Origin: Cladosporium halotolerans
Lineage: Eukaryota
NCBI RefSeq assembly: GCF_011745625.1
Contig: NW_027191458.1
Coordinates: forward strand, 496,001-560,000
DNA length: 64,000 bases
Direction of reading: 5' to 3'
The notes below the pieces were generated by a model. It saw only the letters and a list, made by a program, of their open reading frames with translations, had not been told where the DNA came from and ran no database searches. How positions within the stretch are numbered: the first letter of the stretch is position 1; every line of letters starts with the position of its first letter. Positions 48,082-60,322 of this stretch are shown piece by piece. Both the position numbers and the translations under genes were made by a program.

Positions 48082-48803
48082 CGTTTCGTTGTCTGCAGCT
48101 GCGACGCCACCACGATGTATGCCTACAGACTGGCTCGAGGGTACTGATTTCCACACATGGTTTACGTCGCGAAGAGAGCTGTAGGACCCAACAATCCTCA
48201 TGGTCCCCGAAGATCGCGAGGTGTTGGTGTCACAGCCATTGTAAATAAGAATGCTAGTGAAATCAGAAGGTTGTCATCGTCGCTCGCGTATCATACGAGC
48301 TTTGAGCAGAGCATAGCTGCCATAGCAGCAGCCGCGCCTCAATGCTGCACGATCGCAAGTGAAGTGAGGTCCATTGGCAGCCCGCTAGCTCGGCAGGTGG
48401 CAGTCGGCAAATGCTTTCCTCACTCATCCGACGTCTGTCTTGGCGTTTTGGGTGGTTGTCCGTAGCATCCCGTGCAAAAACAGATGCTGTGTGACGGTTG
48501 GCATGCGGATTGGGCATATGCTTCACTGATTCGTGCGCGATGGCATGAATAGTACTCCACGATCATGAATCAAGATCCAGAGCACGTGGCTGCCAGCAAA
48601 AGTTTGAGGTTGAAGATGTTTGCGTTGCCAATGCTCGCTGGGCCGTAGCTCGCGTGAAGCCAGCTGCTTCCGGCTGTTCCCGACCTATCTCTTCCGCTCA
48701 GCCGCCGAAGCCTGGAGTGCTGTAGACGAGGACTGGCAGCAGAGCTTCTGCAACATTCGTTGTCCATATACCCACGCCCATAACCCTCTCCCCTCCCGTC
48801 AAA

Positions 48804-50122
48804 ATGCTGTACAGAAGCTCCCAACGGGCCGCCTCGGTAAATCGCACAGTTCTCCCTTCGTCCGCTGCCTCTGTCGCTAACCACGTTGCGCGCAGGCTCT
48901 GCTGCGCACCCCCGTTGCAAGCCCTTCGATTGCCGCGCGCAGTATGCAAAAACCCACGCCTCGAACCCCGTAAAACACCCAATTAACCTCTGCGACTCAG
49001 GCTACGCCACCACCGGTACCGACATCTTCAAGCCGAGCAAGTTCGGCGGAAAGTACACCGTCACCCTTATCCCAGGTATGCGCGCGCAAAAAGCAAGGAA
49101 AACCACCGAGGACAGGGCTAAAGACGCAAACAACAGGTGATGGTATTGGTGCCGAGGTTTCCGAGTCGGTGAAGACCATCTTCAAGGCCGACAATGTGCC
49201 CATTGAGTGGGAGCAGGTCGACGTCTCCGGTATGGAGCAGGGCGGCAAGCACTCCGAGGAGCTCTTCCGCGAGTCCATTGCTTCCCTGAAGCGCAACAAG
49301 CTCGGTCTCAAGGGTATCCTCCACACTCCCGTCGAGCGCTCCGGTCACCAGTCCTTCAACGTCGCTCTCCGCCAGGAGCTCGACATCTACGCCTCCATTG
49401 TCCTGATCAAGAACATCCCCGGCTACGAGACCCGCCACAAGAACGTCGACCTGTGCATCATCCGTGAGAACACCGAGGGCGAGTATTCCGGTCTCGAGCA
49501 CCAGTCTGTCCCCGGCGTCGTTGAGTCGCTCAAGATCATCACCCGCGCCAAGTCTGAGCGCATCGCCAAGTTCGCTTTCTCCTTTGCCCTCGCCAACAAC
49601 CGCCGCAAGGTCACCTGCATCCACAAGGCCAACATCATGAAGCTGGCCGACGGTCTTTTCCGCAACACCGTGAAGAAGGTCGGTGAGGAGTACCCCACCC
49701 TCGAGACCGACGACATGATCGTCGACAACGCCTCCATGCAGTGCGTCAGCCGTCCCCAGCAGTTCGACGTCATGGTCATGCCCAACCTTTACGGTGGCAT
49801 TCTCTCCAACATCGGCGCTGGTCTCGTCGGTGGCCCCGGTATCGTCCCTGGCTGCAACATGGGCCGTGAGGTCGCCGTCTTCGAGCCCGGTTGCCGTCAC
49901 GTCGGTCTCGACATCAAGGGCAAGGACCAGGCCAACCCCACCGCTCTCATCCTCTCCGGCAGCATGATGCTCCGCCACCTCGGTCTCGACGACCACGCCA
50001 ACCGCATCTCCAAGGCCGTCTACGATGTCATCGCTGAGGGCACCAGGACCCGCGACATGGGCGGCGCCGCCACCACCCAGGAGTTCACCCGCGCTGTCCT
50101 CAACTCCATGGAGAAGCAGTAA
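48804..50122 (+). CDS. IDH1: NAD-dependent isocitrate dehydrogenase regulatory subunit 1, mitochondrial; three 5' introns
   Basis: Arg/Ser/Ala-rich presequence; VTLIPG|DGIG; ERSGHQSFNVALRQELD; RENTEGEYSG; HKANIMK; DNASMQ; PNLYGGILSN (regulatory-type, lacking the catalytic Asp residues). Confidence 0.96.
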
Positions 50123-50598
50123 GCTCGTGCACAAGACGACCGCTTGCGAGCGCTTTCATCACAGCATAGACGAGCGTAGTGCTGGGCTGGGGGGCGAATT
50201 TTTGTTTGATACCTGTAAATACGAAGGGAGAATTCATTCCTAGATTAAGCGTTCATTGTATCATGTACAACGCAAAAAGAGGCCCTAGATTTCGCAGCTG
50301 TCGATTGATAAGGTTCTGCCCAATATAAGCTAAAATGATCTGGCCATTGCGAAATGCATCGCGATCGATAGTTATCTGATCTGCATCGGCGGCCTCGTTG
50401 ATTTGAGTTCACGTCGTGCGCCCTCCCCGCGTGCCGAATGAGCCTCGGCTGCAACTTGATTATTAGATGGCGAGCATTCTGTCTTGATCAAGAACGCTGT
50501 TTGCAAGCAAACCACGCGTCTCTTACTATACCTCTACTGTTCGATATTCTGAATTTATTGATTACCTTGCCGCTGAAATATTTGTTTGTCTCACCATC

Positions 50599-51627
50599 AT
50601 GCCACGACCAAGACTCACGCTCTTCTTCGACATCGTCAGCCCTTTCGCGTACATGGCTTTCTATGTAACAAGGGTGAGCCTTCTTTTTGCGTTGTTAGAC
50701 AGATTACTTCAGCATCTTGTGATTTCTGGGTACACGCGTCCACTCTGTTGCCACTGTCACCTTCTCTGGTGGCTGCGGCATGCATGAACTCCGCCTTGCA
50801 GACTACTACCTTAAGCAGAATGTGGTCCTACGGGCTGGTTTCTTCCTCGATGAGTAACGATGAACTTCCGTTGAACACCCCTTCTTCGACTCATACCTGA
50901 TTGAGAGCCATCACTGACACGTCACAACCAAGAACTCGCCCGTCTTCAAGCAATGCGACATCAAGTAAATCTCCCTCTTGCTCCTCTATCTCTCAGGCAT
51001 ACGACTAAAACTGGCACAGCTACATCCCCATCTTCCTCGGCGGCGTAATGCAAGCATGCGGCAACACGCCCCCGATCAAGATCAAGAGTACGGCATCCCA
51101 CCGTCTGAAGCCCATGCCGTACCATTGACACCTGTACAGACAAAGACAAATACATCGCACACGACCGCGAACGCTCCGCCGCGCTCTTCAGCATCCCCAT
51201 GGCCACCAAAGTGCCTGAAGGCTTCCCCCCAAACACCCTCCCCGTCCAGCGTGCCCTCTGCACAGTCCAGGCCGAGCACCCCGAGAAGCTCCCCGAAGCC
51301 GCTGCGGCTCTGTACCAGACTTTCTGGGTTGAGGGGAAGCAGATTGGAGAGCTAGAGGTCGTCAAGGCCGGTTTGGCGAAGGTGTTTGGTGAGGGGAAGG
51401 CGGCGGAAATTGTCGCGACGGTCACGAAGCCGGAGGTGAAGAAGCATCTGAACCAGAACACGGAGGCCGCGCTTGAGCGGGGCGCGTTTGGGTTGCCGTA
51501 TTTTGTGGCGACGGATGCGGAGGGGAGGGAGGATGTGTTCTTTGGGTTTGATCGGTTGGCGATGGTTGTGAGGCATTTGGGGTTGAAGGAAGAGGGTGGA
51601 GAGAATGGCTTCAAGGCACTGCTATAG
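50599..51627 (+). CDS. GST-kappa / 2-hydroxychromene-2-carboxylate isomerase (DsbA-like); three introns, the first 50674-50932
   Basis: LTLFFDIVSPFAY; YIPIFLGGVMQACGNTPP; GAFGLPYF; FFGFDRL; ends KAL-L (PTS1-like only weakly). Confidence 0.87.
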
Positions 51628-52513
51628 ATTGTTAAGGAGCTTGGTTGAAGATCCAATAACAACTACAATCAATGTCGCGTTTGAGTTGCACTTTCTCAAC
51701 TGCGCGTGAGAGACTGAGCGCATTGTCTTCTTCGGCCATCGCTCTTTTACACTTCGCATGGTAGTTTACTTGAAGCGGTTGGCGTGCAAACAATCTGTCT
51801 TCGTTTGGTCTTATCGGAAGCGTGGAACAATAGGTAACGGATCGCATGGCCAGCCTCGTTCGGATAAGTAAGGCCTCCCTCAGGCAGCCAGCCTGGTGAG
51901 CAGATTAGACGTGGGTGCCTAAGGCAGGCACCTGATGAGCGCTCACGACGCAGATGTCTGAGGCTTCTAGCAAGCGGGCCGCTAGCGCCTTGGCGCAAAT
52001 CCCGCCCCTATATAAGCCTCGATTTGCTTCGATCTCTTCCAACTTTTCCTTCTTCATACTTACCTTGGGATGTCGCGGGCGATCACGAAGGCCCGTTAGG
52101 CCGTCAAGGCCTCCTGCATTGCACAGCGCGGCGAGGCCTCGGCGATAGTTGGCTTCGGCCACCTATATCTCGCAATTTTTGATGTTTACCGCCACTTTTC
52201 ATCAAGTTGCTGCTGCGTTCTTCATTGATCGCAGGCTTGGAGAAGATGTTGCCACCATCTTTCAATTGCTGTACCCTGCTGTACCGTGTGTGAATGTGTT
52301 GGATCTGTTCTATTGTCACGTCCCTGCCATGCCCATTTGTATTTGTATCAAGCGGCCTGGTCGCTACGGTGCTGAAATGAGGTACGGGTGCTGCCTGCGG
52401 CCCTGGTCACGTGATGATGTAAACACGACCGAGACTTCACTTCACATGCGCACATGTCCAGCACGCGACTGTAGGGACGTACAAGGTATGCACAACAATA
52501 TGTACGTTCTATA

Positions 52514-54780
52514 TCAATATGCCGTAGGCATCACCTTACGTTCAGTGGTTGTCGCATCTTTGTAGTTCCCAATCCCATACTCTGCGAGCAGATCGTCGTA
52601 AAAATCGTAGAACCCGGTGTGTCTCTTTGTATCCGCCGCGAACAGATCACCGCTTGGATGCTGAGCGTGCAATGTTGGTATGACCTCGACCTCCGCGTCT
52701 TGTGTTTCCGTGATCTCTTTGTCCCTCTCTTCCTCGTAAGATGGCAAGAAGGCAATATCGATTGACAAAGACCGCCGGTGTGACGTCGTGGAATCGCGGG
52801 ACCCTTCATTTGGAGGGTGCGCGTTTGCGTTTGCATTTGCGAAGAAGTCGAGGAAGTTCTGTGATTCTTGAGCGCTGTACCTGTTGTCGCTTACTGTAAC
52901 CAGGTCGAAAGGATCGCTCAGTATGCTTGGTATCACTTGCTCTTCACGTCGCGGCGATGGCTTGTCTTCAGTATGGTCTGCTTCCCACGACTCCCGAGAC
53001 TGGCGGTTGCTGCCATGTGAACCTTGCGCTGGCTCGTAAGAGTTTGAGGGCAAAAGGGGAGCGTTAGTGTCACCGAAATCGAAAGCGAAAGGGTTACCTG
53101 GATCTCCGTAGATTGTGTTTCTTACTTTCCGGAGTCTATGCTGGTTCGGCAGCTTGATGTACAAGTCGCCGCCTTTCGCGTCGTCTTCGGGAGACTTCGG
53201 GTTGTGCCCCTTCATCCTAGCTGGAGGAATGTTGACGACATCTTCTAAGGTCACCATGTTAGCCACGTCAATTTCAGGCATCAGCACTTGCAAAATGTTA
53301 GAAAGAGGAGTATTGTGTTTCTTTTTGGGACCAGCCCATTCATTCATACCGTATCATACATTACCTTGACTCAAAAGCGATGGCTTGATGAGCTTCCAGA
53401 ACCCATCCATCACCGAGCAGCCTCATCTCACTTACCTATGAAAGACTCCTGCTGTCTATACTGAAACTTCGAAGTCCTGTAGCACGCGTCGCACAAGCCA
53501 TCCTTGAGGAACGTGCTAAACGGCAGCGAGCAGCCCTTGCCAAAGTTGTGCCCGGGCACGCCGCCGCAGACATACATGGCACCTAGAGGCGCAGAGTCAG
53601 TCATGCCAAAGTCCATGTCAGAGCCATCAGAGTTCCTGCGTTCGCGCTTCATGCCGTCGAGCGCCTTGCTCAACTGCAGGGCGAAGCGGTCGCCCAGCCC
53701 GAACTCCTGCTTCTCGTCCAGCTGCGCGTTCAGCCCCATGCTGTCCAGCGCCTGCTGGCGCTCGAAGCTGTTCAGCGAGTTCGAGGGCGGCGCCCACATG
53801 GCGTCGGGGGGAGTCCTGGGGCGCGGCTTACCTTCGAGAGCGGCCGCGGCGCAGGCCGCGGCGTGCTTCCTGCGCCGGAACTCTGGCGTCTGCTCCTGGG
53901 CCCTGCGGTCCTGGAGAGCGGACTGGTATGCGGTGGTGTAGAGGCCGTCGGGCAGGGGGTTGCCGGTGGCGAGGATGTGCTGCTTCTCGGCGAGGGCCTG
54001 CTGCTGGTGTAAAGGGCGGGAGGAGGGGTTTTGCTGGCGGGCGGCCTCGACCTCGCGGCTGTGGGCCTTCTTGGTCTCCTCGATGAAGGTTTCGCGCTCT
54101 GCCTTGGTCATCGCCAGGATCTCGGCCTTGTTCTTCGCCCACTTACCTGCGTGCTTCGCGGCTTCCGCGATGCTGCTGCGGCGGGAGCCGTTGCGGCTCG
54201 TCAGGCTCTTGAAGCTCCAGCCGCTGGAGGAGCCGGGCCTGGATTCGGTGGCGGGGCCTTGGGGGGTGCATTCTGATAGGAGGGGGCATTCCGGTTCAAT
54301 GATGGGACAATGGGGAGCGGCGCCGGTGTGGGTCCTCGTGCGAAGGTCGAACTTGCCTTCGGCATCGCGGCTGATGAATGGCAGAGTCTCATCCCTAGGG
54401 ATGCGAGGCAGCGGCTTATTGAGGTCTGGCTTGTTAGCGACAGCAGCCTTCTTGCTGCTACCACCAGCCGGCTTGCGGGTGGGAATCTGGGCATACGCAC
54501 CATCTTCAATGTGAGGGAGCGGCTTGTTCAGGTCTGCCTTGTTAGCGGCAGCGGCGTTCTTGCTGCTACCAGCGACCGGCTTGCGGGCAGGGACACGGGC
54601 ATACGCACCGTTGTGGTTGTTCTTGGGCGCGGAGCCAACGGGCTTGCGGTTGGGCACGCGGCCGTTGCTGTCACTGTTGTCGTTCATCGGGGGCTCCTGG
54701 CCACCCTTGACGCCGTAGTACTCACACTGCTTCTCGTGGAATATCTGCGAGGACGTCTTGCAGTCCGCGAAGGTGGGCAT
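52514..54780 (-). CDS. Hypothetical disordered protein, about 705 aa (two track ORFs joined by intron 53287-53435)
   Basis: GTAAGT donor at 53435 and CTAAC...AAG acceptor at 53287 join FI to VLMPEID in frame (2118 nt total). Repeated RKP and LNKPLP motifs; Cys cluster CSLPF...CDAC. Confidence 0.6.
54410..54609 (-). repeat. Imperfect 108-bp (36-aa) tandem duplication within the CDS
   Basis: GAYARVPARKPVAGSSKNAAAANKADLNKPLP versus GAYAQIPTRKPAGGSSKKAAVANKPDLNKPLP; gcatacgcacc at 54491 and 54599. Confidence 0.9.
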
Positions 54781-55247
54781 GGTTGGTTGGTACTTACCTG
54801 CTGGTGATTGAATGATTGAGACCTTGTCAGCCGGAAGTAGAAGTTTGTTGAACAATGAAAGTTGTGGTCTGGAGGAGAGGAAGATCGGGGGACTGAGCTT
54901 CACAATGGGCCTTATATCCTAGCCTTTGACTAAACGTCAAGTTTCACGATGACAAAGAAGTCTTTGTTGCGAGGAAGTCTCACAATAGCCTTGTGCAGTG
55001 GATCTTTATCCGGACCGGTGAAGCGGGTTTTGTCTTTGATAGTACCATTGAGATGCTATGGCATGCTATGGAAGGAAGAAATCTGACTGTATACGTCAGA
55101 GCATGAACGAGGAAAGAACATGCATCTTGTGAAGCAACAAAGAACACCGTCCGAACTCCTAAAGCAAGTCAGTGGCTGGGTACTGTGATCAGAAGTTCTG
55201 ATTGGCTAACCTGTTTTGAATGCCTGTAATTATCATCCATTATTGAA

Positions 55248-56224
55248 TTAGAGTGCGAAGGCAAGGGCCGCGACGATGACAGCCATGGAGATCGAAGAGA
55301 TAAGGCCGAAAGATGAGCCGGCCGCTCCACCCGTGTAGCGTTGAGGAGTGGATGAGTTGCCAGGCGAAGGTGCGCCGGTACCGTGAGGGCAGTGCGCTCC
55401 ACCAGGGCAGCTGTCGTCGCCACCTTTGGTCGGGTAAGGTGGTGTACCGCCGGGCGTGGGGCCTCCAGCAGGGTGGCTGCATTGCGGGCCCGGGCAGTGC
55501 TCGTCTTCCGGTGACGCCGGAGGACGGTTGGCTACTCCATTTCCGCCAGCAGGAGGCGATGACCCGCTTCCAGAAGTTCCAGCGGGCATGTTGCTACCAT
55601 TGCCGCCAGAGGGTGCTAATACATCAATGTTAGCATATGTTTACTGCTTTCTCGTGTATCGGCGAGCTTACGTTGAGATGCTCCGCCAGTGGGAGCAGGA
55701 GGGGGCGTTGGCTTTCCACAGCCATCGTGGCAGGGCTCTGTGATGGTGACAGGAATGGGGGTCTTGTCGCAGACGTCGCATTCCTTGACAGTGACAGTGA
55801 ATCCGGGGGGCACATGGTGTTCCTTCGTGGCTGCCCAGGTAGGCGTCTCCTCGGCACACTCCTCTGTGACCGTGTAGGTCGCCGGCACCAAGCCAGTTGA
55901 GCAGAGCGATTGATACACCGTAGTGTAAACCGTGGTGTGTGATGGGCCCGGAGTGTGGTGACATTCAGGGCAGTAAGTTACAGTGACGCCATTGGTCACA
56001 GTGATCAGAGTCTCAATCGACTGGCTAGGGCAGTCGCTGTATGTGACGGTGACATACGACGCCGGAGTTGAGCTGCTGACGGAAGAGACAGGCGGTGATG
56101 ATTCCGGTGTAGTGTAGGGCGGCGGTGATGGCGGGGTCGAGGATGACTCCGGATCGGGGTACGGTACCAACTGCGCAGACGCACCGCTGATAGCGATCGC
56201 CGCTACAGCGAACCTGTATTTCAT
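55248..56224 (-). CDS. GPI-anchored Ser/Thr/Pro-rich, Cys-containing cell-wall protein; intron 55616-55671
   Basis: Signal peptide MKYRFAVAAIAISGASA; TVTYCPEC, SLCSTGL...YTVTEEC, VPPGFTVTVKECDVC; omega-region YTGGAAG followed by hydrophobic tail ISMAVIVAALAFAL. Confidence 0.85.
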
Positions 56225-57938
56225 GGCGAAGGTAAATTAGGTGATACTCTCGCGTATCGCAGAAGTAGAATCGCGCTGGTAATGAGAAAGTTTGGGCGCA
56301 AGAAATCCGTAGGAAAAAGACAGCCTCGAGGATCGAACGAGTGAAGATCCGCCGAAAGCAGTGGGCAAAGGAGTGTGGGATGGTTGAACCCATTTCCGTA
56401 GGCTACCGAGACTTATACCGACCTCTGTTCGCGGCGTGAGCGTTGTTGATGGGTCACATTCCAGTGGCAGATTGGGGCGATGGCGAGCCCATTCCGCTGC
56501 CGGGCAACAAACAGCCGAACACGGGAAAGCCGAAGCTTATGGAGATGACTAGCGAGATGAAGATGCACATTTGCTGAACAGAGGGCGTTTTACTGTGCAT
56601 GTCCAGAACGTAAGCATCCGTGTTGCCGGTAGAGAATGGATGGTCTTGCAAGCTCCCTAGTTGTCCATTCGGAAAGCTTGGCGAGGAGGCTTGGTCTAGT
56701 ATCAAGTGTGGCTTGAATGTCGAACTACTCGCTGTCCCTCAGTAATGAAAGAAGTGGCATCGTTTGTATGTGTAGCATCTCTTCTCGACCTTGACACTGG
56801 TTGCGTTTCAATATCATGCCAGCGGGACCAGCGGAGGCTCTGCTCAGGACAGACTGCAAGGCGCTTCCGTGCTCACTGCTCACCGTATGGTACCAGTCGA
56901 GATCATTTTCAATCGTACGCCTGGTCTTCGGTAACTGGCCCTACTTCCTGCCGCCGCTGCCGGCGGGGTTTTGCGGCCTGCAGGCGGCGAGGGGTGAGTG
57001 GAAGCCCTGCTAATGTGGCTGGGAAATGGCATTCTACATGCCAGCTCAGATTGGTGATGGGTCGCACGCACACGCATGCATGCAGGCCCGTGACCGAATG
57101 CGTCGGAAGTCCGCGATCTCGATCGAGTGCGTGATTCAGCAGCTCGAGTCGCAGCGTTTCCAATCATCATCGATTTGCGGAGATTGTCCGTGGGGCGATA
57201 TAATATCCGTTTGGGCGCACATCCTGCCACACCGAAACCGCCAAACGCCTCACCGTGGATCTTAAAGTGTCGTGGCACACAACCAGGCCGAGTGGACCTA
57301 ATCGGAAGGAAGAAAGTGTTCCATGCCCAGGACAAGATGAGAAGAACCAGGCGCGTCATTTGTATCATGTCTTCGCACAAGGAAAGCTCCGTCCCTGTAC
57401 TGGCGGCAGCCTACATGCAGCCGAGACTGGTCGTGCGGCCAGGTGCTGCAAGAGAATATTCCGGGAGCCGTTTGCAAAGGAGATCAGAGTCGTCAGAGAA
57501 TTGCGAATCCGAGCGGCAACGAATCACCGAGCGCAGCCCGATGTATCAAGCCTGGTGCTACGAAAGTTCTGTTGCGACCGTGGATGGAGACCGCTGGCCT
57601 GACGGCGGCGGATGAGGGTCAGTGCAGTCTACATTGTCTTTTGGATGGGTCAAGTTCAGTTATGATTTCAACGCTCCGCAGCGAGAATAAATAGCAGTCG
57701 CAGTCCAATGTTTCAGGCAGGGTGTTGCCAGCGGACCCATTGGACCAGAGGGAGCGCTTTGGCCCGAGTGTGAGTGAGTGAGTCAGTTACACCGAAGGGC
57801 GATGTAATCCGTATAGTGTATCCCGAATGTGTAATGCTTGCACGTCTTGGCTGAGCGATTACGGACTGATTGCACATGTCATAGGCCCTCGACCGCCATC
57901 GCCTGTGAGGGGTTTCGTTCAAAAGATCGAAAACCCAA

Positions 57939-58929
57939 TCACCCCAACATCGCAACAACAACATGCAAAAACCCATCCGCGAACCCCGCCACGCGGCCCA
58001 GCTCGCCCAGATTCGCTCCCATCGGCACCACAGCGCCATGCAGCACCGGCTGAGCGAGCAGCGGCGCACGTCTGCTGGGGAAGATGCCTGGAAGAACCGA
58101 GTTGAGTGCCGTGCCCAGCGTCTGCGGCTGTTTAGAAGGCATTTGAAGCGGCACGAGGGCCTGCACGACGCGGATGTGGCCTGGCTGGGGTTCGCTGCCT
58201 TCAGGGAGAGTCTGGGACGTCGACGCCGTCGACGCGGCGGCGGGCAGGTAGAACTTGATCGGCACGTGTTTGACCGTCAGGCCCGGCGGGGCGAGGAGTT
58301 TGGCGTTGACGCTGTTGAAGAGGTCCCAATCATCTGCGCATCCGTCAGCTCTGACATCCTCCCACCCCTCGAAAAGAATGAATTCTCAAAAACAAAAAGA
58401 ACATACGCTCCCTCACCCCCCTCCACAACGCCTCCGAATCCCCCAAACTCAGCCCCATCACCGCCCTCGCGCTCCCGTTCCGCACGAAATCCGCCTCCTT
58501 CACCGCGTTCACGAACATATCCCACACGACCCTGCCGCCGTCGTCGAGCCTCACCAGCCTCTCCTCGGGGAAATCCCCATAGTGCAGCGTCAGCTCCCAC
58601 GCCCCCTGGAACCCCTCCGTCCCCTCCCCTCCGACTCCGGCTGCGGCCGCGCCGTGCAAATCGAACAACAACCCCACCGCCCACCCCCACTTCAGCACGA
58701 CGCCCTGATATTCAAACCAGGCTTCGGAGTCGCGCGCGAGCGCGGGGTCGATGAGGTGGGGCGCGAAGAAGGCGTGCAGGCGCGGGAGGAGGAGGGGCAG
58801 GTGGGAGAGGCGCGGGAAGTGGGTTAGGTAGGGGGGCGTGGAGGTGTAGGAGCGGGAGGCGGCGGGGGAGAGGGTGATTTGGAGGGGGAGGGTGGAGGTT
58901 TGGATGAGGCGTTGGAGGTGGGCGGACAT
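57939..58929 (-). CDS. ATG5: Autophagy protein Atg5; intron 58334-58406
   Basis: LPLQITL...PRLSHLPLLLPRLHAFF; WFEYQGVVLKWGWAVGLLFD; FVNAVKEADFVRNG; KHVPIKFY; TLGTALNSVLP; LHGAVVP; ADGFLHVVV. Confidence 0.93.
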
Positions 58930-59605
58930 TTTTTGGTGGGGTTGTTGGTGGAGTTGGGGAGGGTTATTGCTGGGGGTTTGACATGGTTTGGGTACGATTT
59001 GGGGGGCGGGAGGTCTTTTTTTTTTTTCGAGTGTTTTGGAGAGCTGGTCTGTTGGTTGGGTGGGCGGTGGCGACGGCGTGAGGTTGCTGCTTGCTGCTTG
59101 GTGGTGGTGTTGCCTGTTTAGGCTGGCTGGCTGCGCGAGCTGCGCGAGCTCCGAGCTGGGCTTGCTGGGGTGGGTCCGGGGTCGTGTTGTCGGTTGGGTG
59201 GGGTGGTTTTATGACAAGGACGCCTTGACCGAATGGTAAGAATCACACAGAACTGAGCAATCGGCTCTGAAGATTCAAGGCTACCTTAAACAAAGCCTCG
59301 AACATGGTGTTCCTACACTGCCTCACCTCAACTGCCTCCAAACACACAAAAGACAGAAGCTCCGTCGATTCATCAAAGTGTCCCGGTCCAGTCTACAACA
59401 AACACGCACGTACATGTACGTATGCAAGGAAATCGTATGCGAAACCAACACCCCCAACTCTCTCAAGCACTCACACACGCAAAACGCACAACCAGACAGT
59501 GTATCGCATAAAACATCCTATCCTATCCTATCGCATCGGTATCGTATCGGTATCGTATCGTACACGTACAAATATCTCCCAAATGTATCCAACCAACCCG
59601 ACCGA

Positions 59606-59630
59606 CAAACAAACAAACAAACAAACAAAC
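59606..59630. repeat. (AAAC)n microsatellite in a low-complexity intergenic tract
   Basis: caaacaaacaaacaaacaaacaaac; adjacent (TATCG)-like repeats at about 59520-59560. Confidence 0.85.
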
Positions 59631-60322
59631 GGCGCACCTTTCCCCCTAAAAGCCAAAAGCCAAAACCCAAAGGCCAATCCGACAATGTAACACCCCAACC
59701 CGAACCCGCCCCGTCTCTTCTGTCTACCATTCTAACAAAATCCTCGCGAGGGAAGCAAAAAAAGCCTGGTTGGTCCCGTTGAAACCCATGTTTGAAGACA
59801 GAGAGACAGACGGCGTGTCGAAAACGCCGGGCGCACGTTTGGGACAGAAGACAGAGGAGCGATTTATATCGAAGAGGAGGCGGTTTGGGATCGCCGCGGA
59901 GAGCTCGGGAGGTATCTTTGGGCGCTGGTGAGCGGGGTTAGGTTGTCTGGTCAGAGGGTGGTTGGTGTGGCGTTCGAGCGATGAGGCGCTGCTGAGGCTG
60001 GTCGTGAGCGGCGGTTTTGTGATGTAGGTTTTTACTATTGGTTGGATGCTGGTCGCTGTTTGACTGGCCGAAGCAGGCTCCTCGACTGCGTGCCGTGTGG
60101 GATGGGATCATCGCGGGCCGCAGCAGCGATTGATCACAGCAGTAAGCGCGCATTCGCCGCTCGCGCCCAACTCCAGCGCCGCGCGAGCTCCAAATCGCTT
60201 TCCAGATTATGACCCGCGACCTAGTCGAACGACCTGAACGTTGCACACCGCTAATCGACATCGACTTCGTCCTCGCCCTCGCTCTTCTCCTCCTGATCAT
60301 GATCAGACGACGCTGCACACCG

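Noticed and set aside
51632..52319. Possible small spliced gene on the minus strand between GST-kappa and the orphan gene
   Set aside because: Some donor-like sites (GTAAGT) exist, but no coherent, recognisable product could be assembled.
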